This document shows positions 37,056 through 46,639 of a stretch of DNA of 64,000 nt, piece after piece (the stretch's first letter is position 1; each line of letters starts with the position of its first letter). The DNA is from Rhodobacter sp. CACIA14H1 (GTDB lineage: Bacteria; Pseudomonadota; Alphaproteobacteria; Rhodobacterales; Rhodobacteraceae), in the NCBI GenBank assembly GCA_000500915.1, contig AYNO01000001.1, forward strand, positions 800-64,799, in the 5' to 3' direction. The position numbers were made by a program, and so were the translations under genes. Below the pieces are notes generated by a model that made no database searches, was not told the DNA's origin, and saw only the letters and a list, made by a program, of their open reading frames with translations.

Positions 37056-38053
37056 AGCTGATCCTCCCGCTCCTCCTCCTCCCCTTCGCCGCCACGGCAC
37101 AGGAAAGGCCCGAAGACCAGGACAAGCCCTTCGCCTGCTTCGCCGCAGTGGACCCCGTGGTCACACTCGGCCATCCCTCGCGCTACAAGGCCGACAGCAC
37201 ATCCCGCTCCGACTTCGACGAAAAAGCCGAGGCCGAAGTCAACCGCGCCCTGAAACCCATCGACGACTTCATCACCGACCTTGCCACCACCTCCGACCTC
37301 GCGCTCTCGGATGACAAGGACGCGCAGGCCGCCACGGATTGCGTCCTCGACCGCCTGCACGGATGGGCCGAAGCCGACGCCCTCTCCGACCTCACCACCG
37401 ACAGCGCGCGCCTCTCCACCCCCTCTCGCCTCGCCGGCCTCGCCTTCGCCCATGCCAAGGTCGCGCCCCTCGCCCCCGACGACCCGCGCCACGCGGAAAT
37501 CAACGGCTGGCTTGCCGGACGCATGAAGGCCAGCATGACCTTCTTCGACAAGGACGCCCCGCCCCGCGCATCGAAGAACAACCTCCGCGCCTGGGCCGCC
37601 CTCGCCGCCGCCCGCATCGGGTTATCCGCCAAAGACGACGCCATGACCGAATGGGCCGCCGACTCCGTCCGCCGTGTCGCTTGCCAGGCCGAACCCTCCG
37701 GCGCCCTGCCGCTGGAAATGTGGCGCGGCAACCTCGCGCTCCACTACCAGATCCACGCCATCGGCCCGCTGGCCGTGACCGCCGCCCTCCTGCCCGACGC
37801 CAACCTCTTCGAAGAATGCGACCGCGCCATCCCCCGCATCGCAGGCTTCATCGCCCGCGCCGTGGACGATCCGCAGATCGTGCAGGACATCACCGGCAAG
37901 AAACAGAAATACGGCCCGCCCGAACCCCATGAATTCGCATGGACAGCCGCCTACCTGTCACAGGTGGACGACCCCGAAGTCGAAGCCCTGGCAAGACGCT
38001 TCGACCGCAAGGGCAATTCCAAACTCGGCGGCGACCAATCGCTCCTGTGGTAG
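37052..38053 (+). CDS. algL: Alginate lyase family protein (AlgL/PL5-like)
   Basis: SRYKAD, CVLDRLHGWA, NNLRAWAA, GALPLEMWRG..ALHYQ..AIGPL, SKLGGD; start ATG 37052. Confidence 0.8.
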   Translation: MKLILPLLLLPFAATAQERPEDQDKPFACFAAVDPVVTLGHPSRYKADSTSRSDFDEKAEAEVNRALKPIDDFITDLATTSDLALSDDKDAQAATDCVLDRLHGWAEADALSDLTTDSARLSTPSRLAGLAFAHAKVAPLAPDDPRHAEINGWLAGRMKASMTFFDKDAPPRASKNNLRAWAALAAARIGLSAKDDAMTEWAADSVRRVACQAEPSGALPLEMWRGNLALHYQIHAIGPLAVTAALLPDANLFEECDRAIPRIAGFIARAVDDPQIVQDITGKKQKYGPPEPHEFAWTAAYLSQVDDPEVEALARRFDRKGNSKLGGDQSLLW

Positions 38054-38054
38054 G

Positions 38055-39443
38055 TCAGACCACGAAGCCGTAGGTCTCCCACTCGGCTTCCGTCACCGTC
38101 AGCGCCATCTTCTGATGCTCCGCCCGCTTCACGGCGGCAAAGCCGCGATGCATCGTCGCCCCCAGCACCCGGTGACAGAAGGCCGACCGCTCGAACCGCT
38201 CGATCGCCTCGGCCCAACTCCGCGGCAGGTCCGGCACATGCCCCGCCTCGCTGGCCAGCCCGTCCACCGGCGGGCCCGGATCGGCCTTCGCCTCGATCCC
38301 GTCCAAAGCCCCGCCCAAGGTGACGGCCGCCACCAGATAGGGGTTCGCATCCACCCCCGCCACCCGATGCTCGAAATGCCGCGCCTTGGCACTGCCCCCC
38401 GGCACGCGCAAGGCAACCGTCCGGTTCTCCACCCCCCACGTGTCATCCGCCGGAGAGTAAACCGCCGACGCAAACCGCCGCCACGAATTCAGGAACGGCG
38501 CCAGCACCAGCATCGTATCCCCGACCGTGCCCCGTATCCCGCCGATCGCCTGCAACATCAGCGGCGACAGCACGCCCTCCGCCGGATCCGCAAACAGGTT
38601 CCGCCCCGCCTCATCGGCCAGCGACAGATGCAGATGCATCCCCGATCCCGCCTGATGGCCAAAGGGCTTGGCCATGAAACAGGCCTCCATCCCGAAGCGC
38701 CGCGCCGTCGCCCGGATCAGCCGCTTGGCGATCACCGCATCATCCGCCGCCCGCATCAGATCACGATAGCGCAGCGTCAACTCATACTGCCCCGCCGCAT
38801 ATTCCGAAATCAGTGTCTCCAGCGGCAGCCCCAACTCCCGCCCGCCCGCATAGACGGCGTCAAAGAAGGGCGACATCTCGTCCAGCTCATCCACCATCAT
38901 GCAGTTGTTGGCCGTCGTCTTCCGCCCGCTCATGACATATCGCGCAGGCCGCCACCGCCCGTCGCCATCCCGCTCGCGGTCGATCAGATAGAATTCCAGC
39001 TCCAGCGCCCCCATCGGCGTGAACCCCGCAGCCTCGGCCCGCGCCACCTGCGCCCGCAGCACGTTGCGCGGCTCCACCGCAAAGGGCACGCCATCCGGCC
39101 CCCACATGGAAATCAGCACATGCCCCCGCCCTGTAGCAGGCATAAGGCCCAGCGTGCCCGCCAGCGGCCAGCACTTGCAATCCCCGCCCGCACCGGACCA
39201 GACCAGCCCCGTCTCCTCGACATCGTCCCCGCACACATCCTGCGCGAAGATCGACCCCGGAATCCCCCGCCCCGACGTGTAAAGCGACTCCAGCTCATGC
39301 CGCCGGATCGTCTTGCCCCGCGCGATCCCGTGGCAGTCGATCAGCGCAAGGTCGATCCCCTGCACCTCCGGATGCGCGTCCAGAAAGGCCAAAGCCTCGG
39401 CCAGCGAAGCGCCGCCCGGCCCGACGAATTCATCCCGCATCAC
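38055..39443 (-). CDS. Glutamine synthetase-like gamma-glutamyl-polyamine synthetase (PuuA-like)
   Basis: DCHGIARGK, LELEFYL, EYAAGQYE, FMAKPF...AGSGMHLHLSL, WGVENRTVALRVP, EHRVAGVDANPYL. Confidence 0.85.
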   Translation of the reverse strand: MMRDEFVGPGGASLAEALAFLDAHPEVQGIDLALIDCHGIARGKTIRRHELESLYTSGRGIPGSIFAQDVCGDDVEETGLVWSGAGGDCKCWPLAGTLGLMPATGRGHVLISMWGPDGVPFAVEPRNVLRAQVARAEAAGFTPMGALELEFYLIDRERDGDGRWRPARYVMSGRKTTANNCMMVDELDEMSPFFDAVYAGGRELGLPLETLISEYAAGQYELTLRYRDLMRAADDAVIAKRLIRATARRFGMEACFMAKPFGHQAGSGMHLHLSLADEAGRNLFADPAEGVLSPLMLQAIGGIRGTVGDTMLVLAPFLNSWRRFASAVYSPADDTWGVENRTVALRVPGGSAKARHFEHRVAGVDANPYLVAAVTLGGALDGIEAKADPGPPVDGLASEAGHVPDLPRSWAEAIERFERSAFCHRVLGATMHRGFAAVKRAEHQKMALTVTEAEWETYGFVV

Positions 39444-40492
39444 CCCTCCAGAACGATCAGGTCACGTCCGGAAAGACTTACCTCGGTTGCGGTGCCGATG
39501 GCAGGGGGCGGCGCATCGGCGCGGTTGAACGTGTCCAGCGCGACAACCGTCCCCGCCACCTCCGCCCGCACGCGGATGATGGACCCGAGGAATTCGACAC
39601 TCTGGATCACCGCAGGCAGCACCGCCTCGGCCCCGTCCACGCGGCCCAGATGCACCGCCTCCGGCCGCAGCGCGACCGACACCCGCGCCCCTTTCGCCAC
39701 GCCCAAGGGTTCCGCCAACCGCACGGGAACGCCGCCAAGGCTGACCGTCTCCGCCCCCTCGGCCACGCCGTCAAAGATGTTCAGCGTCCCCACGAAGGTC
39801 GCCACGAACCGCGTGGAAGGCCGGTTATACACCTCGAACGGCGCACCCACCTGCTCCGCGATCCCGCCATTCATCACCACCACGCGGTCCGACATGGACA
39901 GCGCCTCTTCCTGGTCATGCGTCACGAAGATCGTGGTGATCCCCAGCTCCCGCTGGATCTCGCGTATCTCGTTCCTCAACGAAACCCGCACCTTCGCATC
40001 CAGCGCGCTCAACGGCTCGTCCAGCAGCAACACGCGCGGCGAAGGCGCCAGCGCCCGCGCCAGCGCCACCCGCTGCTGCTGCCCGCCCGACAACTGGAAC
40101 GGATACCGCCCCCCCATCTCGGCCAACCCGATCAGCCGCAGCATCTCGGCCACCCGCGCATCGCGCTTGTCCTTGGCGACCCCCTTCACCTTCAGGCCAA
40201 AGGCCACATTCTCCGCCACCGTCAGGTTGGGAAACAACGCATAGGCCTGGAACATCATCCCGATATTCCGCTGGTTGGCCTTCAGCCCCGTCACATCCTG
40301 CCCGTCGATGGTGATCCCGCCCGACGTCGGCACCTCGAACCCCGCCACCATCCGCAGCACCGTGGTCTTGCCACAGCCGGACGGGCCGAGCAGCGAGATG
40401 AACTCCCCCTTCTCCACCGCAAGGTTGAAGTCCTTGACCACGCGGTTCGCGCCAAAGACCTTTTCCAGATGGGACAGCGTCAAGAACGACAT
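39440..40492 (-). CDS. ABC transporter ATPase (PotA-like)
   Basis: GPSGCGKT, LSGGQQQR, LLLDEP, TOBE C-terminus. Confidence 0.9.
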   Translation of the reverse strand: MSFLTLSHLEKVFGANRVVKDFNLAVEKGEFISLLGPSGCGKTTVLRMVAGFEVPTSGGITIDGQDVTGLKANQRNIGMMFQAYALFPNLTVAENVAFGLKVKGVAKDKRDARVAEMLRLIGLAEMGGRYPFQLSGGQQQRVALARALAPSPRVLLLDEPLSALDAKVRVSLRNEIREIQRELGITTIFVTHDQEEALSMSDRVVVMNGGIAEQVGAPFEVYNRPSTRFVATFVGTLNIFDGVAEGAETVSLGGVPVRLAEPLGVAKGARVSVALRPEAVHLGRVDGAEAVLPAVIQSVEFLGSIIRVRAEVAGTVVALDTFNRADAPPPAIGTATEVSLSGRDLIVLEG

Positions 40493-40526
40493 CAGGCCTT
40501 CGCCCTTTCATGTTTCGCAAGCCGGG

Positions 40527-41276
40527 TCACAAGCCTGCATCAGCCCCATGCACCCCCATGGTCACCGCAAAGGCAATCACCGCCAGCGCGGGCGGCTCAT
40601 AGGCGCGGTTCGCCCCCAGCAACTGCATGTAGGGACCGAAGGCCGGACGGTTCAGCAGCGCCGCCATGGTGAATTCGCCAAGGACGATGGCCAGCGTCAG
40701 GAACGCCCCCGACAGCACCGCCACCATCACGTTGGGCAGGATGATCCGCGCAAGGATCGTCACCCACCCCGCGCCAAGGGACTGCGCCGCCTCGGTCAGC
40801 GTCCCCACATCGATGGTCCGCAACCCCGTATCCACGCTGCGATACATGTAGGGAAGCGCCAGAGTCGCATAGCCCATCGTCAGCAGGAAATCCGTGCCCA
40901 GCGCCGACCCCGTCAGCGGCAGGAAGGACGACGTGTTGTAAAGCCGGATATAGCCGAAGACGATCACGATGGCCGGAATGACCAGCGGCAGCAGCGTGAC
41001 GAACTCCACGAAGGGCCGCGCCTGCGGCAGGCGCAGCCGCACCCAATAGGCCGTCGGCACCACCAGCACGACCCCCATCACGATCGTCGCCCCTGCCAGC
41101 GCCAGCGAATAGCCGAACGTCTCCCAGAACCGCGGGTCGCCGAAGACCACGGCATAGGCGTCAAAGGAATACTCCCCCCGCCGCATCCGCAGGCTGAACT
41201 CGCCCATCCCCACCAGCGGCAGCAGGAAATACAGACACCCCAGCAGGAACACGCCCCAGGATACGACGCGCATCAT
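40527..41276 (-). CDS. ABC transporter permease (PotC-like); true end probably 40492
   Basis: EAAQSLGA loop; the last 40 nt appear to carry two single-base insertions. Confidence 0.85.
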   Translation of the reverse strand: MMRVVSWGVFLLGCLYFLLPLVGMGEFSLRMRRGEYSFDAYAVVFGDPRFWETFGYSLALAGATIVMGVVLVVPTAYWVRLRLPQARPFVEFVTLLPLVIPAIVIVFGYIRLYNTSSFLPLTGSALGTDFLLTMGYATLALPYMYRSVDTGLRTIDVGTLTEAAQSLGAGWVTILARIILPNVMVAVLSGAFLTLAIVLGEFTMAALLNRPAFGPYMQLLGANRAYEPPALAVIAFAVTMGVHGADAGL

Positions 41277-42151
41277 TTCAACCACCTCTCCGACCGGACG
41301 CGCAGCCAGATGTACAGCGTATTCGCCGCCGCCGTGATGACGATCATCCCGAAGGCCAGCGCATAGCCAAGGTTGGGATTGCCCAGCACATCCCCCCGTA
41401 TCTGCGCGAACAGCTTGATCGGCACGATGTTCAACTGCGGCCCCGTCAGCGCGAATGCCGTCGCCACCGCGCCGAAGGCATTGGCGAACAGCAGCGCGAA
41501 TGTCCCCAGCAGCGACGGGAACAGGATGGGCAACGCCACCATCCGCCAATACTGCACCCCCGTCGCACCCAGCACCGCCGCCGCCTCGCGCCATTCCCGC
41601 TTCAACCCGTCCAGCGCGGGGATGATGATCAGGATCATCAGCGGGATCTGGAAGAACAGGTAGGTGATCACCAGCCCCCAGAACGACAGCAGGTTGAACC
41701 CGTAGGCCCGCAGGTTGATCCCGAACTCCGTCCGCAGCCAGACCGTGATCAGCCCCACAGGCCCCAGCGTGGCGATGAAGGCAAAGGCCAGCGGCACCCC
41801 CGCGAAATTCGACGCCACACCCGAAAACGTCAGCAGGGGCGACCGCACCCCCTTCGGCAGCCCCCCGAACACCACCGCCGCCGCCATGCCGAACCCCACG
41901 GCACAGCCCAGCGCCGCGGTGATGAAGGACAGCTTGATGCTGGTCCAATAGGCATTGCGGATCGACGCCGTGTTCAGGTCGATCATGTTCTGGAAGGTGA
42001 AGCTCCCGTCCTGCGCCTGAAAGGCTCCGATCACGATCTTCATCGTCGGCAGGATGAGGAACAGCAGCGCAAAGACGGCAAAGGGCAGGATGCCCAGCCA
42101 TTCCAGCGGCAGGCGCAGGCGCGTCCCCGTCGCGGGGCGGTCATCTGCCAT
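41273..42151 (-). CDS. ABC transporter permease (PotB-like)
   Basis: WREAAAVLGA loop; multiple TM helices; start ATG 42151. Confidence 0.88.
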   Translation of the reverse strand: MADDRPATGTRLRLPLEWLGILPFAVFALLFLILPTMKIVIGAFQAQDGSFTFQNMIDLNTASIRNAYWTSIKLSFITAALGCAVGFGMAAAVVFGGLPKGVRSPLLTFSGVASNFAGVPLAFAFIATLGPVGLITVWLRTEFGINLRAYGFNLLSFWGLVITYLFFQIPLMILIIIPALDGLKREWREAAAVLGATGVQYWRMVALPILFPSLLGTFALLFANAFGAVATAFALTGPQLNIVPIKLFAQIRGDVLGNPNLGYALAFGMIVITAAANTLYIWLRVRSERWLK

Positions 42152-42210
42152 CACGGTTCCCCTGTTGTCAGACGGGGCTCGTTCCGGCCCCTTCACCCTT
42201 GGTAACACGA

Positions 42211-42242
42211 AACGCCCGCCCCCGCCAAAGGGGACGGGCGTT
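42211..42242 (-). terminator. Hairpin after the substrate-binding gene (terminator or mRNA stabiliser)
   Basis: AACGCCCG-CCCC...GGGG-ACGGGCGTT stem. Confidence 0.5.
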
Positions 42243-42257
42243 CCGCCTTGTCAGCCC

Positions 42258-43361
42258 TTACTCGACGTTCGCGCCCACGACGGCATCCCAGCCACCGGTG
42301 ACGGCCGCCTTGTTGGCATCCACTTCAGCCAGCGACGGGAAATAGGCGTTCTTGTAGGCCTCTGCCGGCGGCATCGCATCCAGCAGCTCCTGCGGCACCT
42401 TGCCCGCCGCGACCAGCTCGCCGAAGCGCGCGGTCTGGCAGCCGCCCGCGATATAGCCAAGCTGCCCCTCGTCCGAGAAGATGTGCTCCATCCACAGCTT
42501 CGCCGCGTTGGGCTGCGGCGCATAGGCGCTGATCGCCTGCACATAGACACCGGCCAGCGCGGTGGACTTCGGGATCACCACCTCGACCGGCGGGTTGCCC
42601 GCAAGGCTCTTGCCCCAGGAAAGACCGTTGTAGTCCCAGGCGATGACGATGGGCGTGGTGCCCTGCGCCAGCGTCCCCGCCTTCCCGATCACCGGCACGA
42701 AGTTGCCCGCATCGTTCAGCTGCTTGAAGAACTCCAGACCGGCCTTCCCGGCCTCTTCGCCCGGCGCCGCCCCGGTGGACATGCCCGCCGCCAGAACGGC
42801 AAGGATCGCCTGGTTCGACGCACGCGGGTCACCCGCCAACGACACCATCCCCGCATATTCGGGCTTCAGAAGGTCCGCCCAGTCCTGCGGCACGTTCTCG
42901 ACCATGTCCTTGTTCACGGCAAAGCCCATCACGCCGTAATAGGCGCCATACCAATGGCCGTCCGCATCCTTGATCCCTTCGGGGATCGCGTCCCAGGTGG
43001 CAACCTTGTAGGGCTGCAGCAGCCCCTCGGCCTGCGCCGACGGACCGAAGGCCAGACCCACGTCAAGGACGTCGGGCGCCTGCGGGCCCTTGTTGTCCTT
43101 GTTGGCCTTCACGGCCTCGATCTCGTCCGCCGAACCCGCATCGGGGTTCAGCTCGTTCACGGTGATCTCCGGGTACTTCGCCTTGAACGAGGCGATGATG
43201 TCGCCATAGCCGCACCAGTCATGCGGCAGGGCGATGGTGGACAGCATCCCTTCGGCCTTGGCCGCAGCCTCGATCTCGGCCAGCGATTGCGCCTGTGCGA
43301 CCGGCGCCACCAGAACCCCTGCGATGCTCGCCGAGGCGAAAAGCGAATTGCGAATTTTCAT
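42258..43361 (-). CDS. ABC transporter substrate-binding protein (polyamine-like family)
   Basis: Signal peptide; AAKAEG, LPHDWCGYG, PQDWADLL, PNAAKLWME..SDEGQ. Confidence 0.88.
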   Translation of the reverse strand: MKIRNSLFASASIAGVLVAPVAQAQSLAEIEAAAKAEGMLSTIALPHDWCGYGDIIASFKAKYPEITVNELNPDAGSADEIEAVKANKDNKGPQAPDVLDVGLAFGPSAQAEGLLQPYKVATWDAIPEGIKDADGHWYGAYYGVMGFAVNKDMVENVPQDWADLLKPEYAGMVSLAGDPRASNQAILAVLAAGMSTGAAPGEEAGKAGLEFFKQLNDAGNFVPVIGKAGTLAQGTTPIVIAWDYNGLSWGKSLAGNPPVEVVIPKSTALAGVYVQAISAYAPQPNAAKLWMEHIFSDEGQLGYIAGGCQTARFGELVAAGKVPQELLDAMPPAEAYKNAYFPSLAEVDANKAAVTGGWDAVVGANVE

Positions 43362-43664
43362 CGAACGTCTCCCCGTTCCAAGTTTCGATCCTCCAAGTCC
43401 CGGCAGCAGCCCGTTGGCGCGGGCCATCCATTCGGCGCGTAACCCGCCAGACCGGACCGTATCCCCACGCTAAGGGCCGAAGGGGCGACTCAGCAAGCCT
43501 CTGTCACACGCCTTTGTAACAATTTTTCCGCCGTCGGCTCCGGCTGAAAGGATTTCGACAGATCGCCATGGCCCCGCAACTGACGCGCACAGGCGATGCA
43601 GGCCCGCTTCCCGGCACGATCCGCAACGCGATTCCCCGCGACACCCCACCGCACCACCCCGCAG

Positions 43665-43690
43665 GGAACCCCCCGCCCCCTCGCTGCGTT
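43665..43690 (+). promoter_or_regulatory. EcfG-type promoter
   Basis: GGAAC-N17-CGTT. Confidence 0.8.
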
Positions 43691-43722
43691 TCCCCGTCCG
43701 TGCCACTCCACAGGGACAAACC

Positions 43723-45414
43723 ATGACCTTCGCCCCGCCGCGCCCACGCCCCGCCGTCTCGCGCCACTGGGGGGCGGATCCCGCACCGGGCGGGCTGTGG
43801 CGCTTCTCGCTCTGGGCACCCGCCTCCGCCCATGTCTCGGTCGAGGTCGAGGGACGCCGCACCCCCCTCGTCCTGCGCGGCGACGGCTTCCACCGCGCGA
43901 CGGCACCGGCCACCACGGGCGAATGCTACCGCTTCCTCGTCAATGGCAGCCCCGTCACCGATCCCGCCGCACGGGCGCAGGCCGGACAGCACATCTTCGG
44001 CCCCTCCCGCCTCGTCGATCCCGATACCGACCACCCGTGGCAGCACGCCTTCCATGGCCGCCCATGGGGCGAGGCGGTGCTTTACCAGCTCCATGTCGGC
44101 ACCTTCACGCCGGAAGGCACCTTCGCCGCCGCCATGGCCCGTCTGCCCGACCTTGCCGCGATGGGCTTCACCGCGCTGCTCCTGATGCCCGTGGGCCATT
44201 TCCCCGGCGGGCGCGGCTGGGGCGACGAATGCGCCCTGCCCTTCGCCCCGCACCCCGCCTATGGCAGCCCCGCCGACCTCCGCGCCTTCGTCGATGCCGC
44301 CCACGGCGCGGGCCTGATGGTTCTGATGGACCTGCACTGGTCCCGCATCCCGCCCGAGGCACCGATCCGCCACCTCCTGCCCGCCGCCTTTTCCCCCGAC
44401 GGACAGCCCGACCTGTCCAGCACGGCCCTGCGCCTCTACCTGATCGAAAGCGCGCTGCTCTGGCTGTCGGAATACCGCCTCGACGGCCTGTGCCTTGCCG
44501 ATGCCGACCGCCTGCAGGACCCGACCGCGCCCCATCTCCTCACCGACCTTGCTGCCCGCATCCATGCTGCGGGCTTCACGCGGCCCATCCACCTGCTGGC
44601 GGGGGAAAACCCCCTCCGCCCCGAACGGTTCACCGCCGCCGAAGCACCCCTCTACCGCCGCGCCCTCCATTCCGTCCTGACCGGCGACGGGGACATTCCC
44701 TCCCCCCTGATGCTCCTCTGCGATGCGTTGACCGCGCCCCACGGCCCCGCGGCACCGGTCCATGCCAACCAGACCGCCACCTCGCTCGGCGCCCGCCCCT
44801 TCGGCGAAAGGCTCACCCGCCTGGCCGAATCCCGTGGCGTGCAGGTGGCCCATGCGCTGCTGCTCTGCCAGCCGGCCACCCCGCTCGTCTTCATGGGCGA
44901 CGAAAGCGGCGAACGTGCGCCCTTCCACCGCTTCACCGACCTCTCGCCCGCCCGCGCCGATGCCCTCCGCCGCGCCCGCCTGCCGTCCGACAGCCCGATC
45001 CCCGATCTGGCCGACCTCATCCCCGACCCGAACGACCGCGCCACCTTCGCCGCCTCGCGCCCCTTCCGCCGCGCCGTGCCCGACGCGCCGGGCTGGCAGT
45101 CGCTGACGCAGGGACTGCTGCACTTCCGCCAGACCGAGCTGCTGCCGCTCCTCGCCTCCGGCCCCGCCGGCCTGCCCCGCGCCCGCGCCACCGGACCGGC
45201 CGCGCTCATCGCCGAATGGCCCTTCCGCGACGGCACGCTGCGCATTGCCGCCAGCCTCGGCACCCCGCCGCAGGGGGACCAGCCCGAATTCCTCCGCCCC
45301 CCGCGCCTCTGCCTCGGCCATGCCGCCCGCGACCCCTTCGCCTTCGCGCTCTGGATCGAACGGCCCCGCGGCCAGCGGCGCAAACCGGCCCTGCGGCGCG
45401 CCGCCAACGTCTGA
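43723..45414 (+). CDS. TreZ-like GH13 protein with degenerate active site
   Basis: FSLWAP, DPAARAQ, LYQLHVGTFTPEGTF, PLVFMGDE, PDPNDRATFAAS; catalytic regions altered. Confidence 0.75.
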   Translation: MTFAPPRPRPAVSRHWGADPAPGGLWRFSLWAPASAHVSVEVEGRRTPLVLRGDGFHRATAPATTGECYRFLVNGSPVTDPAARAQAGQHIFGPSRLVDPDTDHPWQHAFHGRPWGEAVLYQLHVGTFTPEGTFAAAMARLPDLAAMGFTALLLMPVGHFPGGRGWGDECALPFAPHPAYGSPADLRAFVDAAHGAGLMVLMDLHWSRIPPEAPIRHLLPAAFSPDGQPDLSSTALRLYLIESALLWLSEYRLDGLCLADADRLQDPTAPHLLTDLAARIHAAGFTRPIHLLAGENPLRPERFTAAEAPLYRRALHSVLTGDGDIPSPLMLLCDALTAPHGPAAPVHANQTATSLGARPFGERLTRLAESRGVQVAHALLLCQPATPLVFMGDESGERAPFHRFTDLSPARADALRRARLPSDSPIPDLADLIPDPNDRATFAASRPFRRAVPDAPGWQSLTQGLLHFRQTELLPLLASGPAGLPRARATGPAALIAEWPFRDGTLRIAASLGTPPQGDQPEFLRPPRLCLGHAARDPFAFALWIERPRGQRRKPALRRAANV

Positions 45415-45434
45415 CAGGATTTCGCCGTCAGACG

Positions 45435-45460
45435 GGAACGAACCGCCCCCCGCAGAGGTT
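45435..45460 (+). promoter_or_regulatory. EcfG-type promoter of glgC-glgX
   Basis: GGAAC-N17-GGTT. Confidence 0.75.
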
Positions 45461-45499
45461 CTCCCCCTGCTCACCGGTCATGCAAGGGGGACCAAAACC

Positions 45500-46639
45500 A
45501 TGCCGCTGCCACTCCATCCACCCGAAGCCCGAACCGTCGCCGTCCTGCTTGCCGGAGGCAAGGGCACCCGCCTGCACGAACTCACCCGCAGCGAATGCAA
45601 ACCGGCGATCCATTTCGCCGGAACCCGCCGCATCGTGGACTTCGCCATGGCCAATGCCGTCCGCTCCGGCCTGACCCGCATGGTCGTGGCCACCCAATAC
45701 GCCCCCGCCACCCTGACCCGCCACCTGTGGGAACACTGGGCCATGGCCTTCGACTGCGGCGAAGGGCTGATGGTCCGCCACGGCCCCTCGCTTGCGGGCT
45801 TCGAAGGCTACCGGGGCACCGCCGACGCCGTCACCCGCAACATCGCGCTCATCGACAGCCTGGACCCGACAGACATCCTCGTCCTCGCCGCAGACCACAT
45901 CTACGGCATGGACTACACGCCCATGCTCGACGCCCACCGCGCCAGCGGCGCCGCCGTCACCGTCGCGGCCCATATCGTCCCCCGCGCCGGCGCGTCGGAA
46001 TTCGGCATCTTCCTCACCGATGCCACGGGCCGCGCCACCACCTTCCTCGAAAAACCCGCCGATCCGCCCGGCCTGCCGGACGATCCCGCCCGTGCGCTGG
46101 CCTCCATGGGCATCTACGCCTTCCGCTGGGACTGGCTCCGCGCCACGCTCCTGCGCGATGCCCGCGACGCCACCTCCAGCCACGACTTCGGCCACGACAT
46201 CCTCCCCGCCGCCGTCGCCGCGGGCGAGGCGCTGGTCTGGCCTTTCACCCTGCCGCAGGGTCCGGCCTACTGGCGCGATGTCGGCACGCTGGACGCCTTC
46301 CGCGTCACGCAACTGGATTTCCAGCAGCCCAGCACCCCCTGCGCCCTGCCCGAAACCGTGATGCCCGGCCCCGGCCCGCAGGCCCGCCCCACCCGCAATG
46401 ACGGCCTCCTCTCCGACAGCGTCCTCATGCCCGGCGCCTCGGTCGGGCGCGGCGCAAGGCTGCACCGCACCATCGTCGCCCCCGACACCCACATCCCCGG
46501 CGGCATGGTCATAGGCGAGGACCGCGACGAAGACGCCCGCTGGTTCCGCCGCACCCCCGACGGCACCGTCCTCGTAACAGCCGAGATGCTGGCCCGGCGC
46601 GAAGCCACCCTTCCCCGCTTCCGCTCGCTCGTCTCCTGA
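45500..46639 (+). CDS. glgC: Glucose-1-phosphate adenylyltransferase family protein (short variant)
   Basis: LAGGKGTRLHELT...KPA, YRGTADAV, ADHIY, FLEKP, ASMGIY, HDFG, YWRDVGTLD; start ATG 45500. Confidence 0.85.
   Translation: MPLPLHPPEARTVAVLLAGGKGTRLHELTRSECKPAIHFAGTRRIVDFAMANAVRSGLTRMVVATQYAPATLTRHLWEHWAMAFDCGEGLMVRHGPSLAGFEGYRGTADAVTRNIALIDSLDPTDILVLAADHIYGMDYTPMLDAHRASGAAVTVAAHIVPRAGASEFGIFLTDATGRATTFLEKPADPPGLPDDPARALASMGIYAFRWDWLRATLLRDARDATSSHDFGHDILPAAVAAGEALVWPFTLPQGPAYWRDVGTLDAFRVTQLDFQQPSTPCALPETVMPGPGPQARPTRNDGLLSDSVLMPGASVGRGARLHRTIVAPDTHIPGGMVIGEDRDEDARWFRRTPDGTVLVTAEMLARREATLPRFRSLVS

Noticed and set aside
43501-43522. CTGTCAC...TTGTAAC upstream of the ABC operon as a Pho box
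   Set aside because: Repeat spacing is not the 11-bp period of Pho boxes
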